Translations under genes and position numbers: made by a program
The notes under the pieces: generated by a model
The model's input: the letters and a program-made list of their open reading frames with translations, nothing else
What the model was told of the DNA's origin: nothing
The model's database searches: none
Origin: Leucoraja erinacea
Taxonomy: Eukaryota
Direction: 5' to 3'
NCBI RefSeq assembly: GCF_028641065.1
Contig: NC_073407.1
Span: 18,476,001-18,540,000 of the forward strand
DNA: 64,000 nt
Shown here: positions 25,967-40,384 of the stretch, piece after piece
Numbering within the stretch: position 1 is the first letter of the stretch
Layout: each line of letters starts with the position of its first letter

Positions 25967-27377
25967 TATATATATATAGTACGACTACACTAATCAGACA
26001 ATGTGGGGTATAAGTGAACAAAACATCTAGTAGTTTGACTTCCAAGAAATAATGAACAGCAAATGGAAAATTTAATTTTAGCCACCTGGCAAATGGGTTG
26101 TTAAAAATCCTTCTAGCATTGATGTTCAAATGGGTGTGTTCTGGCACTTAGTACACACTTAGTTGAGCAGTGACAACTTGCTCATGGTAAAGTCAGTGTA
26201 AAGTGGTAATCTGTATAGTTTAAGCAACTCATCCACTTGGCTTTGGTTGTATTTGAAATTGTTCTTTATTTTTATTATTGTTTTCCCACTGTGAAAGCAT
26301 AATTTATTGTGGAACTATGAAAAAAAAATTAGATTCCTTCAATAAATTGAATTTAGATGCAATATGTGGTGTGAAGTTTGTGATGACTGCACAAAATTCA
26401 ATTATAGCTGAAGTACAAACTCCCTTCTAATAGGTGTGCCCTTTATTGGGAAGTGAATATGCTATGTTTAAGAAGTCTTTCTGTGTTTGAAATGTGTTTG
26501 AATTTCAACAGGAAATGGAGAGCAGGGATATCAGTAGAACTTTTCAGAAATATTAATGAAGGCTCCATAATGGTTCCATTCAGGATGGGGAGATGAAAAT
26601 ACCAGCTCTTCTGGGAACTTAGTTTAGCTCTGGGCTACCAAACCCTGGCAGCTATTGCATGTGTCTGAGTTATTTCAATTTGTTTCTCTCTGGGATGCAT
26701 GAGTTGGGCACAGAATTAAAAGCATGACTACCTATGTATACTATATAATAACAGATTGCAATGTTTAGAGTGCTTTGGCCATATAAATGATTAACAACAC
26801 AACTATCTGCATTTTGTTTGTAATAATGACAATCTGTAAAAAATAATAATGAAAAATTGGCATGAGAGAGCACTTGTCAAAATATTCTTAACTGGATTTC
26901 TGAATGTGTGCATGTGAGACCTCATTCAGACAGACAAGGTCTCTTTATCCTTTGGAACTTGTTGATGAAAATCCAAAAGGAAGTGTTTATAATATTGCCA
27001 AGGTTCCAACAAACTCTGTAACACCTAACCTAGAATTTTATTGTATACTTTCTCACGCAAGTAAACTTCTAGGTTTGCTACATTTTATGCATGCTTGCCT
27101 TGTTCTCAATCGCCAGTGAGATAGAATGAATGAGAAATAAGAGAATTTATAGATTTCCTGATGCACACATGTAAATCTGTATATCATTTGAAAACCAATA
27201 TTTCAGTGTGGTTGAATTTAAGATTGTCATCAGATTTCAATTATTTAGATTTCAATTTACATGCACACATATAAAGATCATTAGATGCCACGTCTTCAAA
27301 CGGGAATCATGCCACATTGGCCGCAGTGGTGCAGAGGATCAATCTAAGTTGCTCAATCCAAGTGTGTATTGGCCATT

Positions 27378-27645
27378 GTTTAGTTTAGTTTAGAGATACG
27401 AGGCCCTTTGGCCCACCCGGTCCATGCTAAGCACACTAGTTCTATGTCCTACATACCAGGGGCAATTTACAGAAGCCAATTAACCTACAAACTTGCACAT
27501 CTTTGGAATGTGGAGCGAAACTGGAGCACCTAGAGAAAACCCATGCAGTCACAGGGAGAACGTACAAACTCCACACAGACAGCACTGATAGTCAGGATTG
27601 AACCCAAATCTCTGGCGCTGTGAGGTAGCAGCTCTGCCACTGTGT
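27378..27645 (-). mobile_element. HE1/V-SINE-like SINE with (CTAAA)n tail
   Basis: aaactccacacagac core, tRNA-like head at about 27590-27645, gtttagtttagtttag tail. Confidence 0.85.
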
Positions 27646-28034
27646 CTGGTAACTGTAGGAACTCATATGCTTCTAATGGATGTTTGATGTGCATGAGCTC
27701 ATTTGTATAATCAGTTGTGATGGCTGTCATATTGGGCATGCAATTGTCACTTGCTGCAATTTTGCAGAATGGGCAGTTCTTGATATCATTCCTTGTTCAA
27801 TAATGATTAGGCGGCAACATGTTAAGCATACATAGAGCCTCAAGCATTCGGCAGTAAATAGAACTTTCTCCCATAGATCTTCCTCTAGTAATGTTGTGGT
27901 TAAATTATGGGGAGGGGCAGCCAAAGTTCTGGATTATTTAACCAGACTTGAGTGGGATCAAGTAAATAAATAACTGTGATTTAAAAGCTAGATTCATTCA
28001 TTGTAACCATAAAACTGTTGGATTGTTATAAAAA

Positions 28035-29140
28035 TACAGCTCAGCATTCAACACCATTATACCATCAAAACTGATCACCAAACTCGGTAACCTGGGCATT
28101 GACCCCTCCCTCTGCAACTGGATACTGGACTTTCTAACCAACAGACCCCAGTCTGTGAGGTTAGACAAGCACACCTCTTCAATCCTCACCCTGAACACCG
28201 GCGTTCCACAGGGCTGTGTGCTGAGCCCCCTCCTCTACTCCCTCTTCACCTATGACTGCACACCTGTACATGGTACTAACACCATCATCAAGTATGCAGA
28301 TGATACAACGGTGATTGGCCTCATCAGCAACAACGATGAGCTGGCCTACAGGGAGGAGGTCCAGCACTTAGCAGCATGGTGCGCTGACAACAACCTGGCC
28401 CTTAACTCCAAGAAGACCAAGGAGCTCATTGTAGACTTCAGGAAGTCCAGAGGCGGCACGCACACCCCCATCCACATTAACGGGACGGAGGTGGAACGTG
28501 TTTCTAGCTTCAGGTTCCTGGGAGTCAACATCTCCGATGACCTCTCTTGGACCCACAATACCTCTACTCTGATCAAGAAGGCTCATCAGCGTCTCTTCTT
28601 CCTGAGGAGACTGAAGAAGGTCCATCTGTCTCCTCAGATCCTGGTGAACTTCTACCGCTGCACCATCGAGAGCATCCTTACCAACTGCATCACAGTATGG
28701 TATGGCAACTGCTCTGTCTCTGACCGGAAGGCATTGCAGAGGGTGGTGAAAATTGCCCAACGCATCACCGGTTCCTCGCTCCCCTCCATTGAGTCTGTCC
28801 AAAGCAAGCGCTGTCTGCGGAGGGCGCTCAGCATCGCCAAGGACTGCTCTCACCCCAACCATGGACTGTTTACCCTCCTACCATCCGGGAGGCGCTACAG
28901 GTCTCTCTGTTGCCGAACCAGCAGGTCGAGGAACAGCTTCTTTCCGGCAGCTGTCACTCTACTCAACAACGTACCTCGGTGACTGCCAATCACCACCCCC
29001 GCCCCGGACACTTATTATTATTTATTCAAATCGTTTGCTATGTCGCTCTTCCAGGGAGATGCTAAATGCATTTCATTGTCTCTGTACTGTACACTGACAA
29101 TGACAATTAAAATTGAATCTGAATCTGAATCTGAATCTGA
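28035..29140 (+). mobile_element. Young Rex1/Babar LINE, 5'-truncated, RT C-terminus intact
   Basis: ORF 28155-28982 has [41 protein letters not shown] and [10 protein letters not shown]; (TCTGAA)n tail. Confidence 0.95.
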
Positions 29141-29189
29141 AAAGCCTTACTGGTTTACTGAGATACTTTGGGGGAGGAAACTTGATTGA

Positions 29190-29330
29190 TTTATATAAGG
29201 AGGTGATGAAGATGATTGATCTAGAACAGTGGATGTTATCTACATGGACTTTCGTGAGGCATTTGACAAGGTTTCTCACGATAGGCTGGTTCAGAAGATT
29301 AAAATGCATGGGATATGGTGATTTAGTACA
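29190..29330 (+). mobile_element. CR1 RT fragment
   Basis: gtggatgttatctacatggactttcgtgaggcatttgacaaggtt encodes VDVIYMDFREAFDKV. Confidence 0.8.
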
Positions 29331-29333
29331 TAG

Positions 29334-29560
29334 TTGTGGAGGTTCACAGACTGCATTAAGGACCATCTCCAGCACGCAGGCCTAGCCTCAAAGAACTGGA
29401 AGCCTGTATCAGATACAGGACTAGCTGGCATACAACCATTAGGTAGACGGTCAGCAGTTTCACAGGTAATCACCGAAGCCGACATGTTAGTGCCAGAGAC
29501 AGGAGGAGGGCTGCAGCCTTAAATCCCCCCATGTGCACCCACTATTCCCGCATGTGTAGT
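29334..29560 (+). mobile_element. RTE-clade LINE C-terminal fragment
   Basis: RFTDCIKDHLQHAGL...NW...D resembles the RTE C-terminal KRFKD.LK..L...WE..A.DR..W motif. Confidence 0.5.
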
Positions 29561-29949
29561 TTTGTGCCCTTATCAGAAACAGTTCAAATATATTTTTGTT
29601 GGGTAAAATTTTAACTTGCTGTTGATTAGCTATCCAATGAAAACACAATTTTAATGCGTTATTGTGCCTAACTAGCCATTAATATACTGCATCCACACAA
29701 TAAAGGATCCAAGGGGAAGATTTATACAACTTACTATCCAACTTTCAAAAGTAAATTCAAGGATTTTCCTTGATACCTTCAATAGCAGATATTTCAGTGT
29801 AGCAGTATTCTTTACCTCATGATGGCATGTCCAAAAATATTTCTTGAGAGATGAAAGATTCTAAATTGGATAACTTTAGAAAATGGAGTCAGAGATTGTA
29901 AACCTTGTTATCACAGTCGGATTTTGGTTACAGCAGACTGTCTCTTTAA

Positions 29950-30768
29950 TAGAATAGAATGGAATAGAATAGAATGCATTTATTGTCATTCAAACCTAGG
30001 TTTGAACCAAATATCATTTCTACAGTTTTTTACATTACAAAATAATCCAAGACACACACTTAACACAGTTTACATAAACATCCATCACAGTGAGTCTCCA
30101 ACATCTCCTCACTGTGATGGAAGGCAAAGTCTTTATCTCTTCCCTTTGTTCCTTCTCCCGTGGTCCAGCAGTCCAACTGCAGTGTCGAGGCAAACTGGGG
30201 CTTCTATGTTAAAGCCCCCGGCGGGCGATGGTAAGTCCTGAGGCCTTTTAAGCCACGCCGGGCGATGTTAGGCCCCGGCTCCATGTCCTTAAACCCGCGA
30301 TTCCAGCGGGAGAAGTCGCCGTTGCGGAGCTCGGAAAAGCGGTCTCCCACCAGGGACCTGCGAGCTCCCAATGTTCCCGTCCACCGGGTCTGCGGCCGGT
30401 GCCGCCGAACTCCAAAGTCGGGTCGCAGCCGCACGCCACCACAGCTCTTCCCGCTCCGAAGTTGGCCAGCTCCGCGATGTCAGTTCCCCAGGTTCTGCAA
30501 CTGGAGCCCCCAGGTTAGTCCCGGCCGGAGGTCGCCGCCGGCTCCACGATGTTAGGCCCAACGACTTCCGAGACCCGACAGGGAATAGTCGGGTCCCCGC
30601 ACAGGGAAGAGATTTAAACGGTTTCCCCACAGCCCCCCCACCACCCCCCACATATACACAGCTAAAAAAATAAATGAAAACTAACTCAAGACATACATTT
30701 AACAAGACAAAAATAAAAAAAGACAGACGACTGTAGTCGAGCCGCTGCCGTTAGGCGCCGACACTCCC
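29950..30768 (-). mobile_element. Non-coding retroposon with a Rex1-type 3' end and (ATTCT)n tail
   Basis: Reverse complement ends hairpin + tgacaataaa + microsatellite; organisation matches 42163-42800. Confidence 0.7.
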
Positions 30769-31023
30769 ACCTGTGAGAGTGCCCAGGTTGTTAGTTACTA
30801 CGGCTACTGAAATTGACAAGACATTTAAATTGACAATCAATCGCATTGATCGATACTTAACTCTATTAAACAATGTAACAAACAGCCTTTAGTATTTTTA
30901 GCAGTAACAAAAATACATTTTTAGCTGTTAAAAGTACTTTGCATTGGAAAACAACGTAATTTCACGGAGTTTTGATGCAAACAATAGAAGTGAGTTATCT
31001 GAAATTATTGAATTCGACATTAA

Positions 31024-31327
31024 GGCAGCTCCCCATAGCACAGCAGGTAGTGCCACTGCTTCACAATGCTAGAGACCTGGGGTCAATCCTGAACTCAGGT
31101 GCTATCTGTGTGGAGCTTGCACATTCTCTCTGTGACAACGTGGGTTCTCACATCCCAAAGACTTGAGAAGTGGTAGATTAATTGGCTGTTGCGATAGGAG
31201 AGTGGTAGTATCTGGGGGAATTGATAACAAACTGGTGAGAAAATCTTGGATTAGATTAGTGTAAGATTAGTGTAAATATGTAGTGGATGGTCAGCATGGA
31301 CTCCGTAGGCGAAATGGCCAGTTTCCA
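31024..31327 (+). mobile_element. HE1/V-SINE-like SINE, followed by a CR1 3' end to about 31500
   Basis: tctgtgtggagcttgcacattctc core and tRNA-like head. Confidence 0.75.
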
Positions 31328-31504
31328 TAAATAGAAGTGATAGTGACATTTAAGAGGCTTTTTGACAGGCACATTGATATGCAGGGAATGGAGGGATATA
31401 AATCATGTGCAATCAGATGAAGATTAGTTTATGTTGGCATATGTTTAGTGCAGACACTGTGGGCAGATGGGCCTGTACATGTGCTATACTTTTATATGTT
31501 CCGT

Positions 31505-31830
31505 GAGTTGTGAAGACAAGATGGAAGATGAGACACTGTGCTTCAAGTTTACGGTTGGTTGGATTGGATTGGTTTTGAAGACCGTAGAGAAATGGGTGAG
31601 AGCGGATTGGAACATTAAAATGACAGACAACTGGGAGCTCAAGATTACTCTTGTAGACTGAATGGAAGTGATCTGCAAAGTGATCGCCCAACCTATATTT
31701 GACTTCTCCAGCGTGGAAGAAACTACATTGTGAGGACTGAATGCTGTACACTAGATTTTAACAAGTGCAAGTGAATCACTCCTTCACCTGGAAGGACTAT
31801 TTAAGACCCTGGATGGTGGGAAAGAACAAC
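31505..31830 (-). mobile_element. Decayed PLE GIY-YIG fragment
   Basis: GEVKYRLGDHFADH...LPVVCHFN...RKLEAQCLIFHL in ORF 31413-31751. Confidence 0.85.
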
Positions 31831-32044
31831 TTAAAAGCGAAAAAGTATTGCATCTGTCACAGTTGCATGGGCTTATACTGTGACAATGATAGTTGTGGGT
31901 GAAGGCAGAAGAACATACTGGCGAGTTGCAAAAGCTAAAGTAAATATGTATTAATCTTCCACTGATTACTTTGCCATTGAGCCATTTAGAATGACATACT
32001 ATATTGCCAATATATATTTAGATGGTCATACTCTGCATTAATTT

Positions 32045-32175
32045 CTGAAGAAATGTCTCGACCCGAAACGTCACCCATTCCTTCTCTCCAGAGATGCTGC
32101 CTGTCCCGCTGAGTTACTCCAGCTTTTTGTGTCTATCATCGGTTTAAACCAGCATCTGCCGTTCCTTCCTACACA
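32045..32175 (+). mobile_element. Mini-PLE starting exactly at the hammerhead-like core
   Basis: ctgaagaaatgtctcgacccgaaacgtcacccattcc...cagcatctgccgttccttcctacac; no TSD seen. Confidence 0.85.
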
Positions 32176-34047
32176 AGTACATTTTCTTAGGTAGAAGAAG
32201 CAATATTGCATCTTTCATATGGTTGCCTTCTTCTGAACATTTTACTGCAAGGTACTGCACTACGTAATTCTTAAATCTTTAGTCCCCTTGCAAGGCCAGA
32301 GGTCCATTTCACAACTTGCCATCAACCCCTCTACTAACGTCTGAGGTCTCCCAAGTTGATCAGAGGCTTGGCCTCAGTTCACTGTTGCTCAACTTATTAG
32401 TATAATGAGTTTGTGTTAATTTCCATAATAGAGACCATTTGCTCCCTCAGGATATCCTTCCTAGCTTGAACGAAGAAACCTATAGGACCAAAGTATTGTA
32501 CATGAAATATCAAAAGAGTTGAATGTTACTGAATAAGCTCCTATTTTTCAGACAGATTTACAACTTTTGAAGTTTTTGTACTTTGAATATTTCGACAAAC
32601 ATAATATAACTATTGATCATGTCATACCAACTGACATCTTTCACCAATAACCATTACTATTTAATTCTCAAAATGATAAAAGGAAATATAAAATGATCCA
32701 TATTCTGTATATATAATAGGTTAGAGGAACTAAGCAACATTTTTGGTTTAAAATGAATGCAAAACATAACCAAAGGGAATATTGTAGCAACAGGTTTCAT
32801 AACACCTATTCGTGTGCTGCAAAGCAGCATGCCAACTATAACTTGTTTTTCTATTCCGATTTCTCTTTTGAATCCTCTCTATAAAAGGGATGTACCCTTT
32901 GCACATAATGCACACAGCCTATCATCTAAACTTTCTTTCCATGTCATGTCATCAATTTTCAAAGTTTGATGCACTTGTAAAAACGTATTTGAAGGATTGA
33001 ACATATCTGGATACCTACTGAAAATTTGAATGGGCTTGAATTTTGTGATCCTCCAACATTTATTTATGAGAACACCATTCCAGGACTACATCCACTTTAT
33101 ACTTAGCAATCAGTTTAATTTCTATAATTGGTAAAGAACTGGACATTTGGTAAAGCTTTCATATTATCAGTTCATCATAGTGAAATACAACTATGTTGTT
33201 GAAGACTGCTGCATTAAATTCAAGTTAGAAGGCTATACATATGTATTTGTGTAATGGAATAAAAAAGGATATAAAGAAATTAAAGAACTGCATTTTATTC
33301 GCATGAGCCAGCAATTCTACCTAATTACTGAAGGCTGGGTTACAAAGGGGGATATTTACTTTACGGTATCAAAATCGTGTGAATATTTATTTTTGCAGAA
33401 ACTGACTTGTGAATCAATTTACACTGCTACTTGTTAAATGACATTTTTTTAATAAATATCTTATCTTATTTAAAATTTTATTTTTAATTACAAAGATTGA
33501 TATACAGAAAAATGTGCACGTACTTCTGAAATTGTGATTCTTGAAAGGTTGACTTGTTAATATCCTGCTCCAAGGACAGAAGGTCAGGAACAATGACAAG
33601 CAGTGTTGAGACTGTTTTCTCACTTTTTTTTAAAATTAGTGATGATTTCTGCTGGGTCCAAGTTGAACAGCTTAAATCCAAACTCAAAACGTAGCGGAAA
33701 GAATACTGTGCCAATATGTATAAGGGAGAAGGCTGAATAGAGATAGAAAGATACAGAATGAATAGCAAATGAAGAGATGGTAAAGAATCAACCAGCTTAG
33801 TCATTAAATCTATAGATAATCAACATTTAGTTATTACCTAGGGTGATCAAGTGCTGGAATATATTCAGAATTATTTGATTGCAAATCACAAATGAGCTAC
33901 TTTCACGTTCAATGAGACATTGATAATACAATGTGAGAATATTGTTTTGCATTTGGATATTGTAATTCACAAGGAAATTGATGCTAAAAACCGTGTTCAG
34001 AAAAAACATACAAATGAACCCTAATTTTAACGGGTCTCTTTATAACG

Positions 34048-34292
34048 GATTTTGGTAATAACGGACTGCCCACGCCACTCCCGGCCCGTGCCGCTTCCCC
34101 TGCTGACTGCGCCGGCTGCCTTTGCTGCCGTTGGTTCCCCTGCCCAGCTGCTCGCAGCCTCAGCCACATACTGGATGTTTAATTGGTGTTTATTGTATGT
34201 TTTGTTATTATTGATTCTGTGTATGACTGCAGGCAACATAGTTTCGTTCAGACCGTAAGGTCTGAATGACAATAAAGGATCTATCTATCTAT
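34048..34292 (+). mobile_element. Retroposon 3' fragment with Rex1-type end and (ATCT)n tail
   Basis: tttcg-ttcagacc-gtaa-ggtctgaa-tgacaataaa followed by atctatctatct. Confidence 0.6.
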
Positions 34293-35124
34293 ACACCACC
34301 CCCGGCAAAAGAAAGAGATCGAATTTGGTATGAATTAAGCATTAAAGTGACAAACAGTTGGCCACTCACATTCACCCTTGCAGATTGTACTGACTGGTCA
34401 AGGGGGCCACACAATCTGAGTTTTGTCGTATGGTTGTTGAGACAAGTATTTTATTTCAGTCTCTTTCATTGTAACTGAAAACAATGATCTCATGATTGAG
34501 AGCAGCACGTGTGCTGAACAAATTTCTCAGGTTCTACCGTATTGCATTGCTGAGGTCTGGGTAAATTGCCAAATCAGGGCTGTCAAAGTTTCTGTTATAT
34601 GTCTACTTTGCATTTGATACAAGGTGAAGTAATTCACGAAACAACTATCATCAAGGCAGTGTTGTTGCCTTAGGCATTCCAGGTTTTATTTTCATATTAG
34701 CGCATTGCATCTGATTGTCAGTGATAGCTATGTGTTCGACTGCCATTTCAAACTGCTGTCATGGACAAAGCAGAAATCCAGAGGCCAACTGCAGTTCCCA
34801 TTTTGCATATGTTAATTTCTCAATAATATTCAGTTGCAATTTGATTTTTGAGCTTGTGCGTTTGAGAGTTTGAATAGCGGTGGAGCGCCTGTGTATATAT
34901 GATTATTTTAATGGTTTATTTAAAGTGCTGTTTCATTTATGGACCATTAACAGCAGCTCTTGCAGGGAAGTGTTTATTTAACACACAAATTACATAACTG
35001 AAACCGTGGAACAGACTAAGCAAAGTGGGCTTTGGAAAAAAGCATTAAGATTGGTTGGCCTGTAGGATAGGTTTGTGCATTGGAAAGGGGCAAGGCACAG
35101 AGGAGTTTGCATCAAGTAGCCAGT

Positions 35125-36133
35125 ACTCTCCCACCTCGACAACAGAGACACTTACGTAAGAATACTGTTCATCGATTACAGCTCAGCATTCAACACCATT
35201 ATACCCTCTAAACTGATCACCAAACTCGGTAACTTGGGCATCGACCCCTCCCTCTGCAACTGGATACTGGACTTTCTAACCAACAGACCCCAGTCTGTTA
35301 GGTTAGACAAGCACACCTCTTCAACCCTCACCCAGAACACTGGCGTTCCACAGGGCTGTGTGCTGAGCCCCCTCCTCTACTCCCTCTTCACCTACGACTG
35401 CACACCTGTACATGGTACTAACACCATCATCAAGTATGCAGATGATACAACGGTGATTGGCCTCATCAGCAACAATGATGAGTCGGCCTATAGGGAGGAG
35501 GTCCAGCTCCTAGCAGCATGGTGCGCTGACAACAACCTGGCCCTTAACTCCAAGAAGACCAAGGAACTCATTGTAGACTTCAGGAAGTCTAGGGGCAGCA
35601 CGCAGACCCCCATCCACATCAACGGGACGGAGGTGGAATGTGTTTCCAGTTTCAGGTTCCTGGGGGTCAATATCTCCGATGACCTCTCTTGGACCCACAA
35701 TACCTCAACTCTGGTCAAGAAGGCTCACCAGCGTCTCTTCTTCCTGAGGAGACTGAAGAAGGTCCACCTGTCTCCTCAGATTCTGGTGAACTTCTACCGC
35801 TGCGCCATCGAGAGCATCCTTACCAACTGTATCACAGTATGGTATGGCAACTGCTCTGTCTCCAACCGGAAAGCACTGCAGAGGGTGGTGAAAATTGCCC
35901 AATGCATCACCGGTTCCTCGCTCCCCTCCATTGAGTCTGTCCAAAGCAAGCGTTGTCTGTGAAGGGCGCTCAGCATCACCAAGGACTGCTTTCACCCCAA
36001 CCATGGACTGTTTACCCTCCTACCATCCGGGAGGCGCTACAGGTTTCTCCGTTGCCGGGCCAGCAGGTCCAGGAACAGCTTCTTCTCTGCGGCTGTCACA
36101 CTACCCAACACTGTACCTCGGTGACTGCCAATC

Positions 36134-36217
<84 letters not shown>

Positions 36218-36375
36218 ACAATCCTCCCACAGGAAAAACACTATGACTGTATGCATGTTAATAGATTTATTTATTGAAATCATATTCTATGTCGCTCTCC
36301 AGGGAGATGCTAACTGCATTTCGTTGTCTCTGTACTGTACACTGACAATGACAATTAAAGTTGAATCTGAATCTG
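35125..36375 (+). mobile_element. Rex1/Babar LINE, same subfamily as 28035, with a premature stop
   Basis: ORF 35234-35962 is near-identical to 28155-28982; TGA at 35960; ~80-nt poly-C at 36135-36215; gaatct tail. Confidence 0.95.
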
Positions 36376-39300
36376 GTACATAGTGGGCATCCTAGACAGC
36401 TATATCTACTACTCTTTCATATTAGCTTATCTTTTATGTTTGTTGGTCAGCTCATGTGACGAGGCTATACCTCTCCATCCAACCATGTCCAACCTCCTTG
36501 CCCCATGCAGTGTGTTGTGGAACACACAGAGACCAGTACCATTCTAGAGATTCCAGTAGGTACATAGTGAAACATTCCACTTTTTTCAACATTTCTTTGG
36601 CTTTCTCTTTGTCATTCCAGGTGAAGACATGGCTTTAGTTCTTGCACTCCTTTTCTTCATTAGTTGCTTCAGATTGGTCAAGAGCCAGTTTTTCGGTGGG
36701 TTGATTCTGTACCTCTATAGTCAGCTCTAAATCTGCTTGAAGGTGCAGTGTCACAGGAAAGAAGAATTATGGATGCTTCCCAAGTCTGAAATGCATACTT
36801 GAATAAGCATCTTTCTGGGGTTACTGACTGTATGCAGATTAATGACAGGGATGCTTTCTGATTGTCAAAAACTCCAGCGTCATCATGGGTATGCATATTA
36901 CATCTATTACCTGCTTGACATAGTTGAGTGCAATGACTGAGAAATACCATGGATGCTTCTATCAGAACACTGGAATAACCTCAAAATCTTGAAGTTGAGA
37001 ATGTGGTCAGTTTGACAGGTACAAGCAGAGCATGTGCATAAGATTTACCTGATCATGCAGAGATGTTTATAATTGCATGCATAATTGCTCAAGGCTCTGA
37101 AGATACTGTTGTTCTGACATACAGAGGAAACTGAAACTCCACCTATACAGCCAGTGTGCAGCATATATATGTCACGAGGTCATGAACCTCTCTCTGTTTT
37201 ATAGATTTGGTTGTGAGAGCAGCAGGGTACTTTGTCAGTTCCACCTGTGGGTCTGAGCAACATCCATGTCTAAGTGAAGCAAATCAGTAGTTCTGAAGTA
37301 AAGACTTTCAATGACAAGTACACCACAAGTCCTCTAAACATTCCCTGAAGATTGTTCAATGAAAAAAACTTAATACAATTCCTCTGAAGAAAACCTTCAT
37401 CTACTCAGTAAGGATTTCACTGGCAAATCCTAGAGACAAGGGAATCTCTGTATCTGGATTATGTCCCACAGCTGCAGTTAAAGTCATTCTTATAGAGCAC
37501 TTAGCAGTTTAGCATACCAATACCTTCTCCCATGGGGTTTTCCAAATGCAGCCTAATGCTACTGGGTTAAGTCTGGAAGTTTAATGTTTTATGTGCTTCT
37601 GACTGCTGACTGGTTTTAGAAGAATGGAAATTTTGCTCAACTGTGAAATCCAGCTGTTCCCTGTGGTTAAATTCGCCTTCAGAAGAGGAGAAGGGCAATG
37701 GAATTTTGTATTTTAAAGAACCATGCATGCGCAGTAGATATGCAGTCAAGACTGTAATAAAAAGGTGTTAGGACATGTGATTAGTCTGTTTATTGGAACG
37801 TGGTGGAAGAGCAATTGATGTTCAAGTTCAGACAGGTTTTTATGGAATAACAGACCAAATAGCCTATTTTTATTCATGTTATCCATCTTGTTAAAGGAGT
37901 TTTGTTTCTTTAGTTCTACTGTCCTTCCATATCACAAGTCTGAAGGTATCTGATGGAATTCATGTATTATGCAACTAGATAATAATAATATGCTAAATCC
38001 ATGATGCGTGTCAAATTATTTGAAAATTATGTCAAAAATAATCTGTTTTTCACATTGTAATAGACTTTATATGTTGGAACCTTGGTTGAATCCAGTTTAG
38101 AAGTGGTAAAAGTACAGGTATTGGATATATTCTTCTTGTACTTGCGCATGAAATTTAGCCCTTCTTCCTTAGCATGCCCTAAAGATGTTGGGGCTAGCAA
38201 TTTTTGTAGAATTTCTTCTGATGCCCTGCTACAGCTTGGGTGGAGAATCAGTGGAAATGTAGTTTAATTATTGTTAGGAAATTTTAACTTGGATTTTAAA
38301 TTCTAATTGCATTTGCTGCTGTTAATTTGTGTATTGATATAAATAATATATTGATATAACATCTTCACTTTAACGATAAGTTAGCAAAAGAATCCAATTA
38401 CTCAAGTAAATGGAACTTTGTTCGTATATTTGTGATTGGATACAGTTAAGAACAAATATTTTCCATCCCAAATCCTGAAACGCTGCCAGATTATAATGCA
38501 ATAACCCTTGCTACTGTGGGCCTTTGCTGCTTATATTAGTGTTTCCTTTGGACAAAAATCTGACAAACTGACAAACTGAATTTCATGACCTCAGTATTTA
38601 AATTTAAAGTTAATCTGGATTTATAATTTTTATATTTCTGTTAAAGAGAAGCTGAAATGGAATCTCGATGCATATTCCATTGCTTGAAATAACCTGAAGG
38701 GTTTAAAAGTTTGGTCAAGGCCAAAAACTACTTGCAGATTTTGGTGTCAATGTGGCCACATGCAATTGGTGCTGCCAAATCATTGTAATGAGCCAGGCAT
38801 ATGACTGGAGTTTCCTGTTCTTCTGCTCATTGATGGATTAATAAATTCCCCCATCATTGGCCATGGGCTGTGGGCCGAGGAGCTTTTTTGTGCAGTTTTG
38901 TGACCCAACTCACGGAACTACATGACATTTTCACATATTGTGTAAAAATATTATATAAATCACCCCTGAATCTCGTCAAGAACAAAACTTGCACATTTTT
39001 ATTAAATTAGAGACAAATGGAAAAATTTCGGGTATTTTTAGTCCATTCAAAGCACGTTTGACATTGAGTCGGACGCCAGTTGGCCAATCACGCACTTTGT
39101 TTCAGGCTAGCTAGGCAGGGAGCACACATCATGGCTGAGAGTGCTTCTACTGATGCCTGTTTTACTGGAGATTCCGATGAAGATTCTTTGTTGTTCTGTG
39201 GAATGCATGTCGTGGAAACTTGCAGCAGGGCAATTGAATTTAGTGAGAAATGCATTAAGAAGTCTGAAGAATGTGCAGCTAAGTGGATAGAAGTAGAACA

Positions 39301-39501
39301 AAGCCTTGAAAGCAAAGTCCCTGCTGAGGTGCTGCAACACAAAGAGGACAGCCAAGTCGTGAAACCAGTTAAACTGTGTGAATCAACTGGAACTGAGAGG
39401 TAAGATCTAAAGTCTGAATTTATGAAAATTAATCTGTATGGACTTTAATTAATTTAATTGCACCCTTTTATAATGTGAAAAATGAGATTTGGAGGCTGTA
39501 C

Positions 39502-39604
39502 ATTCACTCATTCATTCATTCACTCATTCATTCACTCAAATCATTCATTCACTCATCCATTCATTCATCCATTCACTCATTCATTCATTCACTCATCCAC
39601 TCAT
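39502..39604. repeat. (CATT/CACT)n microsatellite
   Basis: Seen directly. Confidence 0.9.
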
Positions 39605-40384
39605 GAAGTTAAGGGCCTAAACTATGTGTATCCATAACAAAGTAAATTAAACATTTTCACTAATGCCAGCTTGTTGAAGTCTAATAAGTTTTCTTTAACA
39701 TCTATTCTTGGAGCTGGCTGCGATAACTTACCGGAATAAAGTGCTCCGACCACGTGGCCTATGTACTTAACATAGTGAAGCCGCGGTCTCAATAAAGAAG
39801 CGGCCGATTCGCGAACGCGGAGCCGTGGAGTGTGTTTGGATCATCTCCATGGTGGGGGGGGGGGGGGGGGGGGGGGAGGCTGTACATAGTGCCGTCCATA
39901 GCGGCCGTTTCCAGGCCTGAAAAAACGGATGAATTATTCACAGTACTTTATAGGCTTCCATTGGAGTGAAAAATGGTCAGAAATGACTGATGTTTATGTA
40001 GAAATGAATTGGTGTATGTGAACTTGAACTTGAACTAATTTATCTATGGTCGTAACAATGTTATTCTCATTAACATTAAGAAGAGGTTGAAATTTTATGA
40101 ATTGAAGTCCGTGCAGACTTAATGACTATGAGATGTTTTTTTTTGTAGCCTCTGCCTGACCTTCCACTTGAACTTGAACTAACTTATCAATGGACTTATC
40201 AAAACTTATCAAAAGACTTGGAATCTGATGAAGAATATTCAGATGAAGATCAGATGTAATGTAAACAAATAAATTGGGGAAATAAATGATTATAAAAAGT
40301 TTTATTTCACTGTTTATTTGGTCAAATTATTTAAACAATGAGTGAATTACTTATGATAATGGTGCGCTGGTGAATTTCAATTTC

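Noticed and set aside
27960-28034. Possible old Deu/L2-related SINE split by the Rex1 copy (continuing at 29141-29185)
   Set aside because: Resemblance is from memory and too diverged to call
28346-28862. Antisense ORFs over Rex1, CR1 and PLE copies
   Set aside because: Shadow frames of transposon coding sequence
33985-34050. Possible Tc1/pogo-like end fragment (ttataacggat)
   Set aside because: No partner TIR or TSD found
36135-36215. Poly-proline/poly-glycine ORFs and a possible G-quadruplex
   Set aside because: Homopolymer in a Rex1 3' UTR that is short in the sister copy near 28995; length may be a sequencing artefact
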